Source: Candidatus Nanohaloarchaea archaeon (GTDB lineage: Archaea; Nanohalarchaeota; Nanosalinia; Nanosalinales; Nanosalinaceae). Taken from it: a DNA stretch of 64,000 bases. The notes below the pieces were generated by a model that was not told where the DNA came from, did no database searches, and saw nothing but the letters and a program-made list of their open reading frames with translations. Location of the stretch: positions 64,001 through 128,000 of the forward strand of contig JACOQA010000004.1 in the NCBI GenBank assembly GCA_014297435.1, in the 5' to 3' direction. This document shows positions 1-9,673 of this stretch, one piece after another (the stretch's first letter is position 1; every line of letters starts with the position of its first letter). The translations under genes were made by a program, and so were the position numbers.

Positions 1-2
1 TG

Positions 3-677
3 GTAGAGGCAGAGGATGAGGATCATGCCACGCATTTCAAGGTAATCTACCTCCATGGCGTACTGGTAAATATAGGTAATCCTTCAGAGCCGAGACAGGT
101 CGGGAGTGAGACCGGTGTAATGATGTGGCATCCGGCAATCGTCTGCAGACACGTCTTCGAGAGAATATTCGAGCCCAAGATTGAGGAGGCTGACAAAAAG
201 GTCGAAACCTTAATGGAAGAGTACACCGGAGAGTTTTCACCTACGGATACCGATCTTAAAGCTGCTAGAAACGCTGAAGACTTAGCTATAAGAGATCTCA
301 GAAAGAAAGTAGGCGAAAAACTCAGAGAAAAGGGAGAACTCGATGAAAACCAGCAAGTTCCTTTAGAGTTCTCAGCGACAATCAGGAGGATAGAAGACGG
401 CTTCGAAAGCGTCGAAAGTATTGCTGAAGATGACAGCTACGGAGAACCTTATCTTGAAGCTTTAGAGGAAGTTCTCGGGACTACCTTCACAGGTAATGGT
501 GATGGGGATGACTGGGAAGAACCAACTAAATTTCAGAAAAAGATTAAGAGGTTTATTGGAAGTACAGATGATTTCGATATAAATTCTGACGCACAGTATG
601 GAGAATATTCTTTCGAACTAATCACAGACTACTATATCGATTTGAAAAAAGGTCTAGGACTTTACACGATGAAATGA
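3..677 (+). CDS. Hypothetical protein, 5'-partial (frame open from window start)
   Basis: Frame of ORF 120..677 stays open back to position 3 (VEAEDEDHATHFKVIYLHGVLVNIGNP...); its stop overlaps the next ATG (ATGA 674-677). Confidence 0.8.
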   Translation, partial: VEAEDEDHATHFKVIYLHGVLVNIGNPSEPRQVGSETGVMMWHPAIVCRHVFERIFEPKIEEADKKVETLMEEYTGEFSPTDTDLKAARNAEDLAIRDLRKKVGEKLREKGELDENQQVPLEFSATIRRIEDGFESVESIAEDDSYGEPYLEALEEVLGTTFTGNGDGDDWEEPTKFQKKIKRFIGSTDDFDINSDAQYGEYSFELITDYYIDLKKGLGLYTMK

Positions 678-3376
678 GCGAGAACTTTATACTTCAACGG
701 TTGAGAGAGAAGTTCAGCCCTGATGAAGAAGCTGGCACAGAGGACTTAACTGCTCTGAATTACAAGGTAGGCAATACTTCCGGAATGGACGTTACACCTG
801 AAATACCTTCAGAATTGGCTGAAAGAGTCGGTCAAATGGCGCAGAGAGCCGGAGGAGAGATGGAGATACAGATAGGCAACCCTTCAACTTTCTATATAGA
901 CAGGGAAGATCTCTACCACACAGTCGAAGGTCTCGGTATAGATTTCTCAATCCACAGCGATCCAAACGTTGGCTATGCTTCGCCTTACCAAGTTGGCGAG
1001 GGAGGAGGTTTTGACGGAACCTTCAACTACTTCACGCAGTACCTGCAAGCATTTGCTTCGTTCAAACTGGAGGCAGAAAGCAGATCAGATCTTAAAATAG
1101 GCAAAGAGGACGGTATAAAAATTGGAAGAATAAATCCTCACGTCTCAGTAAGCCCTCTACCTCAAACAGAACAGGAAAGAGCCCAAGGAGTAGCTCTTGA
1201 CCCCTTAGGATATAGCCTATCAAAGCTTCAGGAGAATGAAATGGAGAATAGAAGGGACGCAGGGAAGAATATTTGGGATAACGAGAATTTCCTTCGCAAA
1301 TTCTACAGACTTTTCATAGTTGATGAGCTGGAAGACAACGAATACCAACTCTTCGACAGATTCTACATTCCCTATTCAAACAAGATTGACAAAGTCTGGA
1401 GAGAAAAACAGAATGAAACACTAAATAGAATCTACGAGAATAGATCCGGAGAGTTTTCGGGAGATAAGCTGGGGGACAAGATTAAGATTATACGTGTCGC
1501 TGGTCAAGCTGACCCTGCGATCGCCAACACCTGGCTTGATATATTGGAAGAGGCAGAGGATTTTGGAGATTCTGTGGAATTCGAAATTCCAACACGTCGA
1601 GACAGACCAAATAAAGAAATCGAAGTAAACAGTTTAGTGAAACTTGATGAATTGATTAAAAATCTCAACCCTAATTATGGCATCTCTGAACTCAGAAGAC
1701 TTCCAGAAGTTTACTACTATCTTAAAAAAGAGAAGCTGGAAGGAATTTCGCGCGGTACAACCGAAAACGAATTTGATGAGGACAAAAAGGAAAGACTTTG
1801 GGAACTTCTTCAAGAGCCTTTAGAAAACGCAATTGATGACCTTTGGAATCTCAAACCCGATGATGTCCAAGAAGAGGTTAAAGAGGGAGATCCAAGGGTT
1901 TCACTTGTACCTATTAACGCAAAAATTCAAGCCGTTTCAAACCATCTTGAGATACCTAATAGAAAGATACTGGAGAAGACTTTCTCTAACCACGCCCGCT
2001 ATAAGGATAATAGTAAGACTGGTATACGGCAACATATTGAAAACATGTATGCCGGCGAGAAAGGGTATTTTGAGAATGGAGATGATAGAACTCCTTCCAA
2101 GCGACACGAAAACTTTCTCCGAGCGGTAGCAGACCAGTTTGAACAGCAGATGTGGCAGGAATCAAACGTTTTTTACAGGGTAGGACCGGCATGGGTTTCT
2201 TCATCGGAGGAAACAGTCGAAGGAGAAGAAGGCATATATCATCAAGGTTGGAGGGCTCCTAAGTTTCTATGGAAATACTTGGTTGAGAGAAAACATGACA
2301 AAGCGCATGGAGGAGACTACGATCTTGATTTAACCGATCCAAGAAAAGATAATGGATACTTTGAAGCCCTAAACGACAGAGAGTTTCAGATGGATGTTGC
2401 TGCGGCTGTAGCAGGAACCTATATGTGGTCTATGTTTACGCAGGTTGAAGCTGACTTCGACATGGAGGGTACTTCTCACTTCAAAGGCAAGAGTAAGAAG
2501 GAGTCTTGGATTGACTGGATGAACAGGTTTGGTATTGGGATAAACATGGAGACTATGGCAGGTCAGCCTAGACAGTACTTCAAGCTCTGGCGTCCTGTAC
2601 ACGTGGTAGCCGCCTGTAGAGCAATCAACATAACTGCGAGAAGCAGATTGGAAGAGGGAGATGACTTGGGCGGTAAAAATCATATGGCTTCTGAACTAGA
2701 CGACTGTCCTGTAAAGTTCACTATCGACATGGAGCACGTCTCAAGCTTCGGTGTAGATCCAATAAAGGAGATGGAGATCTGGAAAGACAGAGAGAAAGAA
2801 CTACTAGAAAATCCTGTCGAAGTTGATGGCGAAGCAATTGAAGTTCCTGGAGATTCGAATCGACCTTTAGCCAAGATGTTGAGGATGTACCACTTGACAA
2901 AACCCGGTCACGAAACCAGTGGCGGTGTAGGACACACTCACGGTCCTTTCAGAAAAGGCGACAAGGAATTGTACACATGGCTTCATAAGATGGTTAAATG
3001 GGGTTTCACAAGAACGGGAGAGTCGGGCGAGAGAGCTTCAGTTATGTATGAGGTAGGAGGGGAGCAGGTCGGAACGGTATACCAGGCTAAGCTAGCTATG
3101 GATCTTATCGAACTAGGTGTTTCACCTGATGAGCTTGATCCTTCAGTGGTTGATCCAGGAAGCGAATATAAGAGCGAAAAAGAAGCTCTTATTGCCCGTT
3201 TCTTCGATATGGATCGTACAACTTATTCGAAGGAGTGGGCGAAGATTGAGCAACATGCATTCGATCCTCTAGATGGTCTGCTAGAAGCTGAAACGTTTGA
3301 CGTTACTTTCTCGGGAAGCGCCGCTCTTGAAAATAACAATAGAATTAACGAGTTTCTCCCAGAAGAATATCAGTAA
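674..3376 (+). CDS. Large xylose-isomerase/AP-endonuclease-2-like TIM-barrel protein with long insertion
   Basis: 900 aa; ordered motifs FSIHSDP, INPHVS, GINMET, FTIDMEHV, MYHLTK, HTHGPF, VMYEVG resemble the E/DxxH/H/H/E metal ligands of that barrel. Confidence 0.55.
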   Translation: MSENFILQRLREKFSPDEEAGTEDLTALNYKVGNTSGMDVTPEIPSELAERVGQMAQRAGGEMEIQIGNPSTFYIDREDLYHTVEGLGIDFSIHSDPNVGYASPYQVGEGGGFDGTFNYFTQYLQAFASFKLEAESRSDLKIGKEDGIKIGRINPHVSVSPLPQTEQERAQGVALDPLGYSLSKLQENEMENRRDAGKNIWDNENFLRKFYRLFIVDELEDNEYQLFDRFYIPYSNKIDKVWREKQNETLNRIYENRSGEFSGDKLGDKIKIIRVAGQADPAIANTWLDILEEAEDFGDSVEFEIPTRRDRPNKEIEVNSLVKLDELIKNLNPNYGISELRRLPEVYYYLKKEKLEGISRGTTENEFDEDKKERLWELLQEPLENAIDDLWNLKPDDVQEEVKEGDPRVSLVPINAKIQAVSNHLEIPNRKILEKTFSNHARYKDNSKTGIRQHIENMYAGEKGYFENGDDRTPSKRHENFLRAVADQFEQQMWQESNVFYRVGPAWVSSSEETVEGEEGIYHQGWRAPKFLWKYLVERKHDKAHGGDYDLDLTDPRKDNGYFEALNDREFQMDVAAAVAGTYMWSMFTQVEADFDMEGTSHFKGKSKKESWIDWMNRFGIGINMETMAGQPRQYFKLWRPVHVVAACRAINITARSRLEEGDDLGGKNHMASELDDCPVKFTIDMEHVSSFGVDPIKEMEIWKDREKELLENPVEVDGEAIEVPGDSNRPLAKMLRMYHLTKPGHETSGGVGHTHGPFRKGDKELYTWLHKMVKWGFTRTGESGERASVMYEVGGEQVGTVYQAKLAMDLIELGVSPDELDPSVVDPGSEYKSEKEALIARFFDMDRTTYSKEWAKIEQHAFDPLDGLLEAETFDVTFSGSAALENNNRINEFLPEEYQ

Positions 3377-3385
3377 CGTATTAAT

Positions 3386-4018
3386 TTAGAATATACTCTT
3401 AATCTTTTCTAGACCGTATCTCAAAGGCTCTAATCTCCTTTTAATCATCTCTTTATATCTCATTTTGCTCGAATCTCTTCCAATCTCATCAGTTTCGGGT
3501 CCGAGTGTTTCGTGTTTCTCGACATCAAGTGCTTTGCTTCCTATCCAGTCGCTTCTCTTCTTGCAGTAGTCGCTTGCAACAGTTTGAACAGTACTATCTT
3601 TATGCGTATTTTCAGCTATTCTCTCGTAGTCGTCCCAGAAGGAATCTAACTCAATATTGTAGTTTTCAACTTCAAATCCGAGGTCTTCTAACCCATAACC
3701 TTTCTCTTCCTCCATTCTTTTAGAGATGTCTTCTTCTACCACCAATGTTGGATCCCATTCTTCGTAGACCTCATCTATCGCACTTATGTGATCTTCGAAG
3801 AAGTTGTACCTGATTTGATCCTCTTCTTCGCTTGGGGAAGGATGTAGTGCAACTACGTCAGGGGCTTCTTTGTCTTCGAGAAATTCCTCGTAAAGTTCCT
3901 CGTATTCTTCTTTATCAGTATCAGTTACATCTTTCTTAGGGTGTGGTGTTCCCAGTGCTTGACCTAGGTCGCTCCACGAAAACTCGAACTCTTTTTCTAC
4001 CACAAAGTAACAATTCAA
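3386..4018 (-). CDS. Hypothetical acidic protein (faint YdcF/DUF218-like VASDY..R segment)
   Basis: 210-aa ORF with host-like acidic composition; true start may be GTG at 4003. Confidence 0.6.
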   Translation of the reverse strand: MNCYFVVEKEFEFSWSDLGQALGTPHPKKDVTDTDKEEYEELYEEFLEDKEAPDVVALHPSPSEEEDQIRYNFFEDHISAIDEVYEEWDPTLVVEEDISKRMEEEKGYGLEDLGFEVENYNIELDSFWDDYERIAENTHKDSTVQTVASDYCKKRSDWIGSKALDVEKHETLGPETDEIGRDSSKMRYKEMIKRRLEPLRYGLEKIKSIF

Positions 4019-4067
4019 TATATAAGGTTTTTAAGTTTCCGGCTGAACAATCCTTACGTGGATTCTC

Positions 4068-5318
4068 ATGAGTTCCAAGGATAAAATGAAGAAGATGAGG
4101 GAGAAATCCCAGGAAAGAAGAATGCAAGCCGCAGAAGAGTTCTCCGAAAAACTGAAGGACAAACTCGGCGACAAAGTAAAAGTAGTAGCTGTTTGGGGCT
4201 CTGTAGCTAAAGGAGAGCACGGTCATGAATCTGATATTGACACTCTCGTAATACTAGACGATACTAAACTAAAGAAAGATGTTCCTGACGACGCAAAAAA
4301 GAAAATCAGGAGAAAAGTAACACAAGCAGCCAAAGACACGGACGATAGAATCACTATCCAGTATTTCCCTTTCCTCACCGAATTCTGGGACTCACTGAGA
4401 AAAGGAGAACCACTAGCAATCGAAGCAGTAAGAAACGGTCAACCTGTCTACGACACAGGGATCTTCATGCCTGCCAAAAGACTTCTGCAGAGAGGTAAGA
4501 TTAAAGCTACCAGAGAATCAGTCAAGAAAAGACTGAAGATGGCTGCAGCAGGATACAAGAAAGCAGAAAAGAACCTGAGAAGCTCCATCCCGCACAAGCT
4601 AGAACAGGTTATGGCAAACGCAGGACAGGCACCAATCATGCTTGTAGGAAAGAACCCGCCACCTAAAGAAAAAGTACCTGAAACACTTGGTGAAATGTTC
4701 GTAGAGAAAGACATGCTCGAAGAAGAGTATGTTGATATCGCCCAAGAACTCTACGACTTCGGCGACAAAGGGGAGAAGAACGCTAAGGAAGTGACCGGCG
4801 AAGAAGTCGAAGAACATCTAAACAAAGCTGATGACTTTGTAAGACGGATGCACAAGCTTGTCTCACAGCTAGGAGCACAGAAAAAGGTTAAAGGAATTGT
4901 AGACGACTACAAGAAGTTTCTGAAAGCTAACGTGGCAGCACTCAAAGCCAAAGACATAGAACCTCCAGAAGACCGAGATGATCTTCCAGAAGTAGTAGAA
5001 AATAACCTTGACGTCGATGAGGATCACATCGAGATGTTCGACAAATGGGAGGACGTCGTCGAAAAGGTCAAGAACAAAGAAATGGATGAAGTTAACGAGA
5101 AAGAACTTTACGAACTCAAACAGACAACGAAAGAGTTTGTCTCCCAAGTAGGTAAGGACATCCAGAAGATGAAAGAGGAAAAGGCTGAAGAGATGACGCC
5201 AGAGATGGATACTTCGGATGTTGCGAAAGCAGCCGACACTGATGAAATGATTCCTAACTTGGAGAAGAAGGCGGAGAAAGAGGTTGACGAGGATGAAGAG
5301 AACGAGGAGAAAAAATAA
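4068..5318 (+). CDS. Minimal nucleotidyltransferase (MNT) fused to HEPN-like helical domain, acidic tail
   Basis: GSVAKG...SDIDTLVI Pol-beta-type motif followed by a helical region. Confidence 0.75.
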   Translation: MSSKDKMKKMREKSQERRMQAAEEFSEKLKDKLGDKVKVVAVWGSVAKGEHGHESDIDTLVILDDTKLKKDVPDDAKKKIRRKVTQAAKDTDDRITIQYFPFLTEFWDSLRKGEPLAIEAVRNGQPVYDTGIFMPAKRLLQRGKIKATRESVKKRLKMAAAGYKKAEKNLRSSIPHKLEQVMANAGQAPIMLVGKNPPPKEKVPETLGEMFVEKDMLEEEYVDIAQELYDFGDKGEKNAKEVTGEEVEEHLNKADDFVRRMHKLVSQLGAQKKVKGIVDDYKKFLKANVAALKAKDIEPPEDRDDLPEVVENNLDVDEDHIEMFDKWEDVVEKVKNKEMDEVNEKELYELKQTTKEFVSQVGKDIQKMKEEKAEEMTPEMDTSDVAKAADTDEMIPNLEKKAEKEVDEDEENEEKK

Positions 5319-5364
5319 ATCCTCAACCACAATCTTTTCTATCTAAATTTTCAATTTTTCTGTT

Positions 5365-5982
5365 ATGCAGGTCTTCTGTTTCGGCGATTCAATAACTTAT
5401 GGAGGATCCCGTTCCTGGGTCTGGAAACTGAGAAAGCATATGGAGGAGAAAGATAACAGGCGTGAAAGAGATCCGTTAGTCTACAATCTCGGTGTTCCCG
5501 TCAACACCTCCAGAGATGTTCTTGAAAGGTTTGAACAGGAGTTCGAGGCCAGACCTGACTCTGGAAAAAAAGTTGTGATCTTCCAGTTCGGCATAAATGA
5601 CGTAACCCGGTTAAGGGAGAGCAACCAGAACAGGGTAAGGATAGAGGAGTTTAGACAGAACATAGAGAACCTTTACACAAAGGCAAGAATTAAGGCCGAC
5701 GAAGTTATCTTTCTAGGATTCACTCCCGTAATAGAATCAAAGACTACCCCTCTACAAGACGACAATTCACAGAGAATAATTTTCAAGGACGTAAGAGACT
5801 ATGAGGATGAGCTACACGAGTTCTGCCGTCAGAAAAACGTAGAATTTGTTGAACTGTTCGACCTTTTCATGGAGAATGGTTACTCCGAACTTCTGGAGGA
5901 CGGATACCATCCTAACGCAGCAGGTCAGAAACTGATCTTTGAAGCAGTAAAAAACAAAATTCACAGATTGGAGACAAAATAA
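5365..5982 (+). CDS. SGNH/GDSL hydrolase
   Basis: FGDSIT, NLGV, FGIND and DGYHPN blocks. Confidence 0.9.
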   Translation: MQVFCFGDSITYGGSRSWVWKLRKHMEEKDNRRERDPLVYNLGVPVNTSRDVLERFEQEFEARPDSGKKVVIFQFGINDVTRLRESNQNRVRIEEFRQNIENLYTKARIKADEVIFLGFTPVIESKTTPLQDDNSQRIIFKDVRDYEDELHEFCRQKNVEFVELFDLFMENGYSELLEDGYHPNAAGQKLIFEAVKNKIHRLETK

Positions 5983-6016
5983 ATTGGTTTAAGATTAATT
6001 CTTTTTCTCTAAGTGC

Positions 6017-6967
6017 ATGGAAAACAGCAAATCCGATGCAGAAAAGGCACTTGAAAGCCTAGGAATTGACTACAAAGACTTGGAAAGCTTGGATAGTGGA
6101 AGCGATAGCCTGTTCTCCTTCAAATCCGGAGACAAATCTCTTATTCTAAAGATGAGAGGTTTCGAACATCTTCCTGAATCCTGGTTCAGAAAAGAACCTC
6201 TCTTCCTCGAGAAAGCATCGGAGGAGTTAGATATGCCGGTTCCAGAAACTGTGGACATGAACCTAAGGGCTGAAAACCCTTACTTTGTCATGGAAATGTT
6301 AGATGGAGATTCTCTCTCAAACAGAAAACATGATCTTGGAGAGGAGGACCTCTTAGAACTGTGTTTTCAGGCAGGGAAGATACTGGGAGAGCTTCATTCC
6401 TCCACTGAGTACGACAGATATGGCTGGATCAGAGAAAGCGAGGGCGACATCGACAGGGTTAGAATGTCATGGCAGCAAGTATTCCAGGCTATGTATGATG
6501 ACCGTATCGAAGGGCTTGAAGGAACAGAGTTCGCTGAATACAGAAAAGAGGTTAAGGCGTTTGTCGAGGATCGTATTGATTTGATGAATCCGGAAGGACC
6601 AGTCCTAGGACATGATGATTATCGCCCCGGTAATATCATGGTTCAAGAAAGCGAGATAGTCGGAATAATAGACTGGGCTAGAGCATACGCCACAGATCCA
6701 TTATATGATATGGTGAAAGCGGAGATGAACTTCATGAACGAGCTCGAAACTATTGTCGATGAGGAAGAAGTTTCGAACAGATTCAGAAAAGGATACAGAA
6801 CTAGCCGTGAGCCTAATTTAGGTAAAAGAGAAGAAGTTTACCGTGCAAACACAGTTCTGGGCATGATGAATGGTTTCTCCAATCACTGGGGAAACCTTAT
6901 GGAAGAGGAAAAGAGACGAGAGAAAGCAGATTATCTTTCAGAAAAACTAGAAAACCTTATCAGATAA
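6017..6967 (+). CDS. Aminoglycoside phosphotransferase (APH)/choline kinase family protein
   Basis: HDDYRPGNIM catalytic loop and IIDW motif. Confidence 0.85.
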   Translation: MENSKSDAEKALESLGIDYKDLESLDSGSDSLFSFKSGDKSLILKMRGFEHLPESWFRKEPLFLEKASEELDMPVPETVDMNLRAENPYFVMEMLDGDSLSNRKHDLGEEDLLELCFQAGKILGELHSSTEYDRYGWIRESEGDIDRVRMSWQQVFQAMYDDRIEGLEGTEFAEYRKEVKAFVEDRIDLMNPEGPVLGHDDYRPGNIMVQESEIVGIIDWARAYATDPLYDMVKAEMNFMNELETIVDEEEVSNRFRKGYRTSREPNLGKREEVYRANTVLGMMNGFSNHWGNLMEEEKRREKADYLSEKLENLIR

Positions 6968-6999
6968 TTATCTTCCGGACCAAAAAAATCCCTAACGTC

Positions 7000-7398
7000 T
7001 CAAGAGCCATCTCTAATAATGATAACTGCCAAGAAAATTGTTGATATCAGACCCAGGAAAGGTCTGAGTGGCTCTATATAAGCCAGTATAGTTGAACTGG
7101 AGAGAAGAGCTAGTAAAACTATATTACATACCGGGCATCCGAATGCAAGAAAACCTGTAACTCCTCCTAATGCAGCAAATCTTTTATCCAGTGTACTACA
7201 TTTTTCCTGCCCGAAGTATACTGCTGCAAGCACAGAAGTTGTCAAAAGAAAGAAATAATCAAGAAGAGTAATAGGAACCATTCTAACGTAGAGCGGATTT
7301 GGGATTAATCCAGTAGTTAGACCTGTAGATAGGAAAAAGACAATACCGGCAATTAAACCCGTCAAAAGATTGAATTCATCGATGATTTCTAGATCCAT
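7000..7398 (-). CDS. Membrane protein with CxxC motif (GCPVC)
   Basis: Hydrophobic 132-aa ORF; last gene of a 3-gene operon with DsbA. Confidence 0.75.
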   Translation of the reverse strand: MDLEIIDEFNLLTGLIAGIVFFLSTGLTTGLIPNPLYVRMVPITLLDYFFLLTTSVLAAVYFGQEKCSTLDKRFAALGGVTGFLAFGCPVCNIVLLALLSSSTILAYIEPLRPFLGLISTIFLAVIIIRDGS

Positions 7399-7408
7399 AA
7401 TCTCTAAC

Positions 7409-7939
7409 CTAGATGCTACAGGTTTCAGGGTTTCCAGTCCTAGTTATAAGAACTACCAGCAGCAACACGCCACCCAACCTTAGCAGGTTACCTCCGAACG
7501 GCATCGAGGCAAGAACACCGCCGAAACCGAGGAGCGACATCACCCCTACCCCGCATGAGGCGCATCCGCCCGCAATAAAACCGGGTATAGCACCCAGGCT
7601 GCTGAGATCTACTCGGTTCATTTTCAATTGAATTACTGTGTTTGTCATCGTTACACCGACAAGTACTGAGAAACTCGCGGTCAGCATTAATCCTGCATAT
7701 CCTGTGTTCATTATCAAGCCGGTTAGACGGGTTGTGAAGGCGATACCCCAGTACTGAATCCCGGAAGAAAGCATCTGAACCGAGTAAGCCGGATTAGCGG
7801 AAAAAATACTGAATAGAAAGGTGGCTAGAGCCACTGTTAAAGTGGCAAATGCCCTCTTTTTATCAGCCACCGCTCCTTTCAAACCCTGGAAAAGTTGCCT
7901 CCTCCAGTCAGCCGGATTTATCTTTATCGCGAAACCCAT
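7409..7939 (-). CDS. Membrane protein with CxxC motif (GCASCG)
   Basis: Hydrophobic 176-aa ORF, 4 nt from the DsbA-like gene. Confidence 0.75.
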   Translation of the reverse strand: MGFAIKINPADWRRQLFQGLKGAVADKKRAFATLTVALATFLFSIFSANPAYSVQMLSSGIQYWGIAFTTRLTGLIMNTGYAGLMLTASFSVLVGVTMTNTVIQLKMNRVDLSSLGAIPGFIAGGCASCGVGVMSLLGFGGVLASMPFGGNLLRLGGVLLLVVLITRTGNPETCSI

Positions 7940-7943
7940 GTTA

Positions 7944-8765
7944 TCACTTCATCCACTGGTCTCTTCTCTCAAACAGCTCGTCGTGGTAATCCCAGTAACT
8001 GTCCTGCTCATGTTCGTAGACACAGTTGGCTGCCTGATGTGCCATCGGTCCGTTCGGATGTAGCTGTGGAACCGGATAGTCCTTCGAGATAAGCTTGACC
8101 TTGCCTGTATCTACATACTTGCTTTCTAGGTTGCTTGCGATATTCATCTGGTCGATAGGGGTTCTTGATGAAGCATCAATCCCCTGCCATTCCGCGCAGA
8201 ACGGACATCCGAACTCGTTGTATTCTACGACTTTTATTGAAGCATTCTCACTTCCTTTGCTTGGTTCTCCCTCTAACTCGATGCCCTCAAGACTGGTCAG
8301 ATTTCCAGGTTTGTCGCTTTCTACTTTGTTTATGGCTTGATCGAATCTTGAAAGTGGCTGTGCGCCAGTAATTTTCACGAATCCTTTTTCCCTGTTTCCT
8401 ACGAAGAATGTTGGTGTTCCGAAGCTCCCGATGTTTTGAACCGCTTTATTTCTGTCCTCTATAGCTTCCTGGTTGTCTGAGTTTTTGTAGCACTGCATAA
8501 CTTGATCTGTATCAAGCTCAAGATCGTTGGAGATTTGCGTGAAAACCTCTTCAGGGCTCTGACTATCAGCGTTGCCGCTTGAACCATCTGATTTATCTGA
8601 ACCTATGTCCGTGTTTCCCTGTGGAGAGTTAGTTCCCTGTTGGGATGAAACACTCATGGTTCCTGCTGCGAATCCCCCTAAACCGCCAAGAACTAATCCC
8701 AGTACTAGAGAGGTTATGACTGCTTGGCGCGTGGTAAATTCCAGAGTTATATCATCTTCACTCAT
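7944..8765 (-). CDS. Membrane-anchored DsbA/BdbD-like thiol-disulfide oxidoreductase, circularly permuted
   Basis: N-terminal TM helix; GTPTFF and GAQP occur before VVEYNEFGCPFC and DTGKV..KDYP..LHP. Confidence 0.85.
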   Translation of the reverse strand: MSEDDITLEFTTRQAVITSLVLGLVLGGLGGFAAGTMSVSSQQGTNSPQGNTDIGSDKSDGSSGNADSQSPEEVFTQISNDLELDTDQVMQCYKNSDNQEAIEDRNKAVQNIGSFGTPTFFVGNREKGFVKITGAQPLSRFDQAINKVESDKPGNLTSLEGIELEGEPSKGSENASIKVVEYNEFGCPFCAEWQGIDASSRTPIDQMNIASNLESKYVDTGKVKLISKDYPVPQLHPNGPMAHQAANCVYEHEQDSYWDYHDELFERRDQWMK

Positions 8766-8914
8766 TTTGAACCACCGGTATTCACTACATATGGTTTTGA
8801 AATAGCTTCTCTGAACTCGATCAGAAGATCTGGTATCATATCGATACTAGATATCCGAACGATATTAAAGGCCAAAGTGTAGTTGGTGATACATGGTTTC
8901 GAGGTCGATACACT

Positions 8915-9289
8915 ATGTCTAAAAACCAGGGTAGAATCCCGGTCTGGTGCAAGACAGAGGAATGGTGCGCACTCAAATCCACATCCAAGATCCTGGGTCA
9001 CAAATGGGTTCCGGCCATAATATACCACCTTCACGACAATGAAGGTCTAAGGTTCTCACAGATACAGGAAGAGGTTGGGGGAATCACCAACAAAACCTTG
9101 AGCGACAACCTCGACAGGATGCAGGACCAAGGAATAGTAAACAGAGAAGTGGAAAACGAGAAGCCGGTTAAGATAACTTATGAGTTGACTGAGTTTGGTG
9201 AAAAACTAGTACCTCTCATCGAGGAAATGATCTCATGGGGTCAGGACAACCTCAGAGAGGGCGAGAAAGAAGAAGCCTGGGTAAAATGA
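8915..9289 (+). CDS. HxlR/DUF24 family winged-helix regulator
   Basis: WC...ILGHKW, LRFSQIQ, ITNKTLS, YELTEFG. Confidence 0.9.
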   Translation: MSKNQGRIPVWCKTEEWCALKSTSKILGHKWVPAIIYHLHDNEGLRFSQIQEEVGGITNKTLSDNLDRMQDQGIVNREVENEKPVKITYELTEFGEKLVPLIEEMISWGQDNLREGEKEEAWVK

Positions 9290-9353
9290 AGTAACAAAAT
9301 GATCCTCCGGTTGACCATGAAGTATAAACGACAGTAAATTGTATTTTGTCTTT

Positions 9354-9581
9354 ATGGAAGAAAACGTAGGAGATACCGACAGCTTGGTCAGAATTGTAGT
9401 TGGAGCGGTTGCAGGTCTACTATCATTAGGAATACTGGCGGACGTACTGCCAGCAAGTATGAACCTACCGGAGATCGCATCACCGATACTAGGAATCATA
9501 GCAATCGCACTACTTGCCACAGGATTCACCAGCAAATGTGGGCTTTACTCCGCTCTCGGTATCAACACCAGCGAAAAATAA
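9354..9581 (+). CDS. DUF2892 (YgaP-like) small membrane protein
   Basis: ENVGDTD..RI...TGFTSKCGLYSALGINT; ATG 9354 preferred over TTG 9339. Confidence 0.8.
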   Translation: MEENVGDTDSLVRIVVGAVAGLLSLGILADVLPASMNLPEIASPILGIIAIALLATGFTSKCGLYSALGINTSEK

Positions 9582-9673
9582 TTTTCATCTATCTTTTTTC
9601 TATTTCTTTCATAATACATTCTACAGAATTTTTTCTCCAAAGGATTATACCTCTCCCGACCTAATAATGGTCT

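Noticed and set aside
6017-6967. APH-family gene as an antibiotic resistance determinant
   Set aside because: The family is broad and common in halophilic archaea; substrate cannot be inferred
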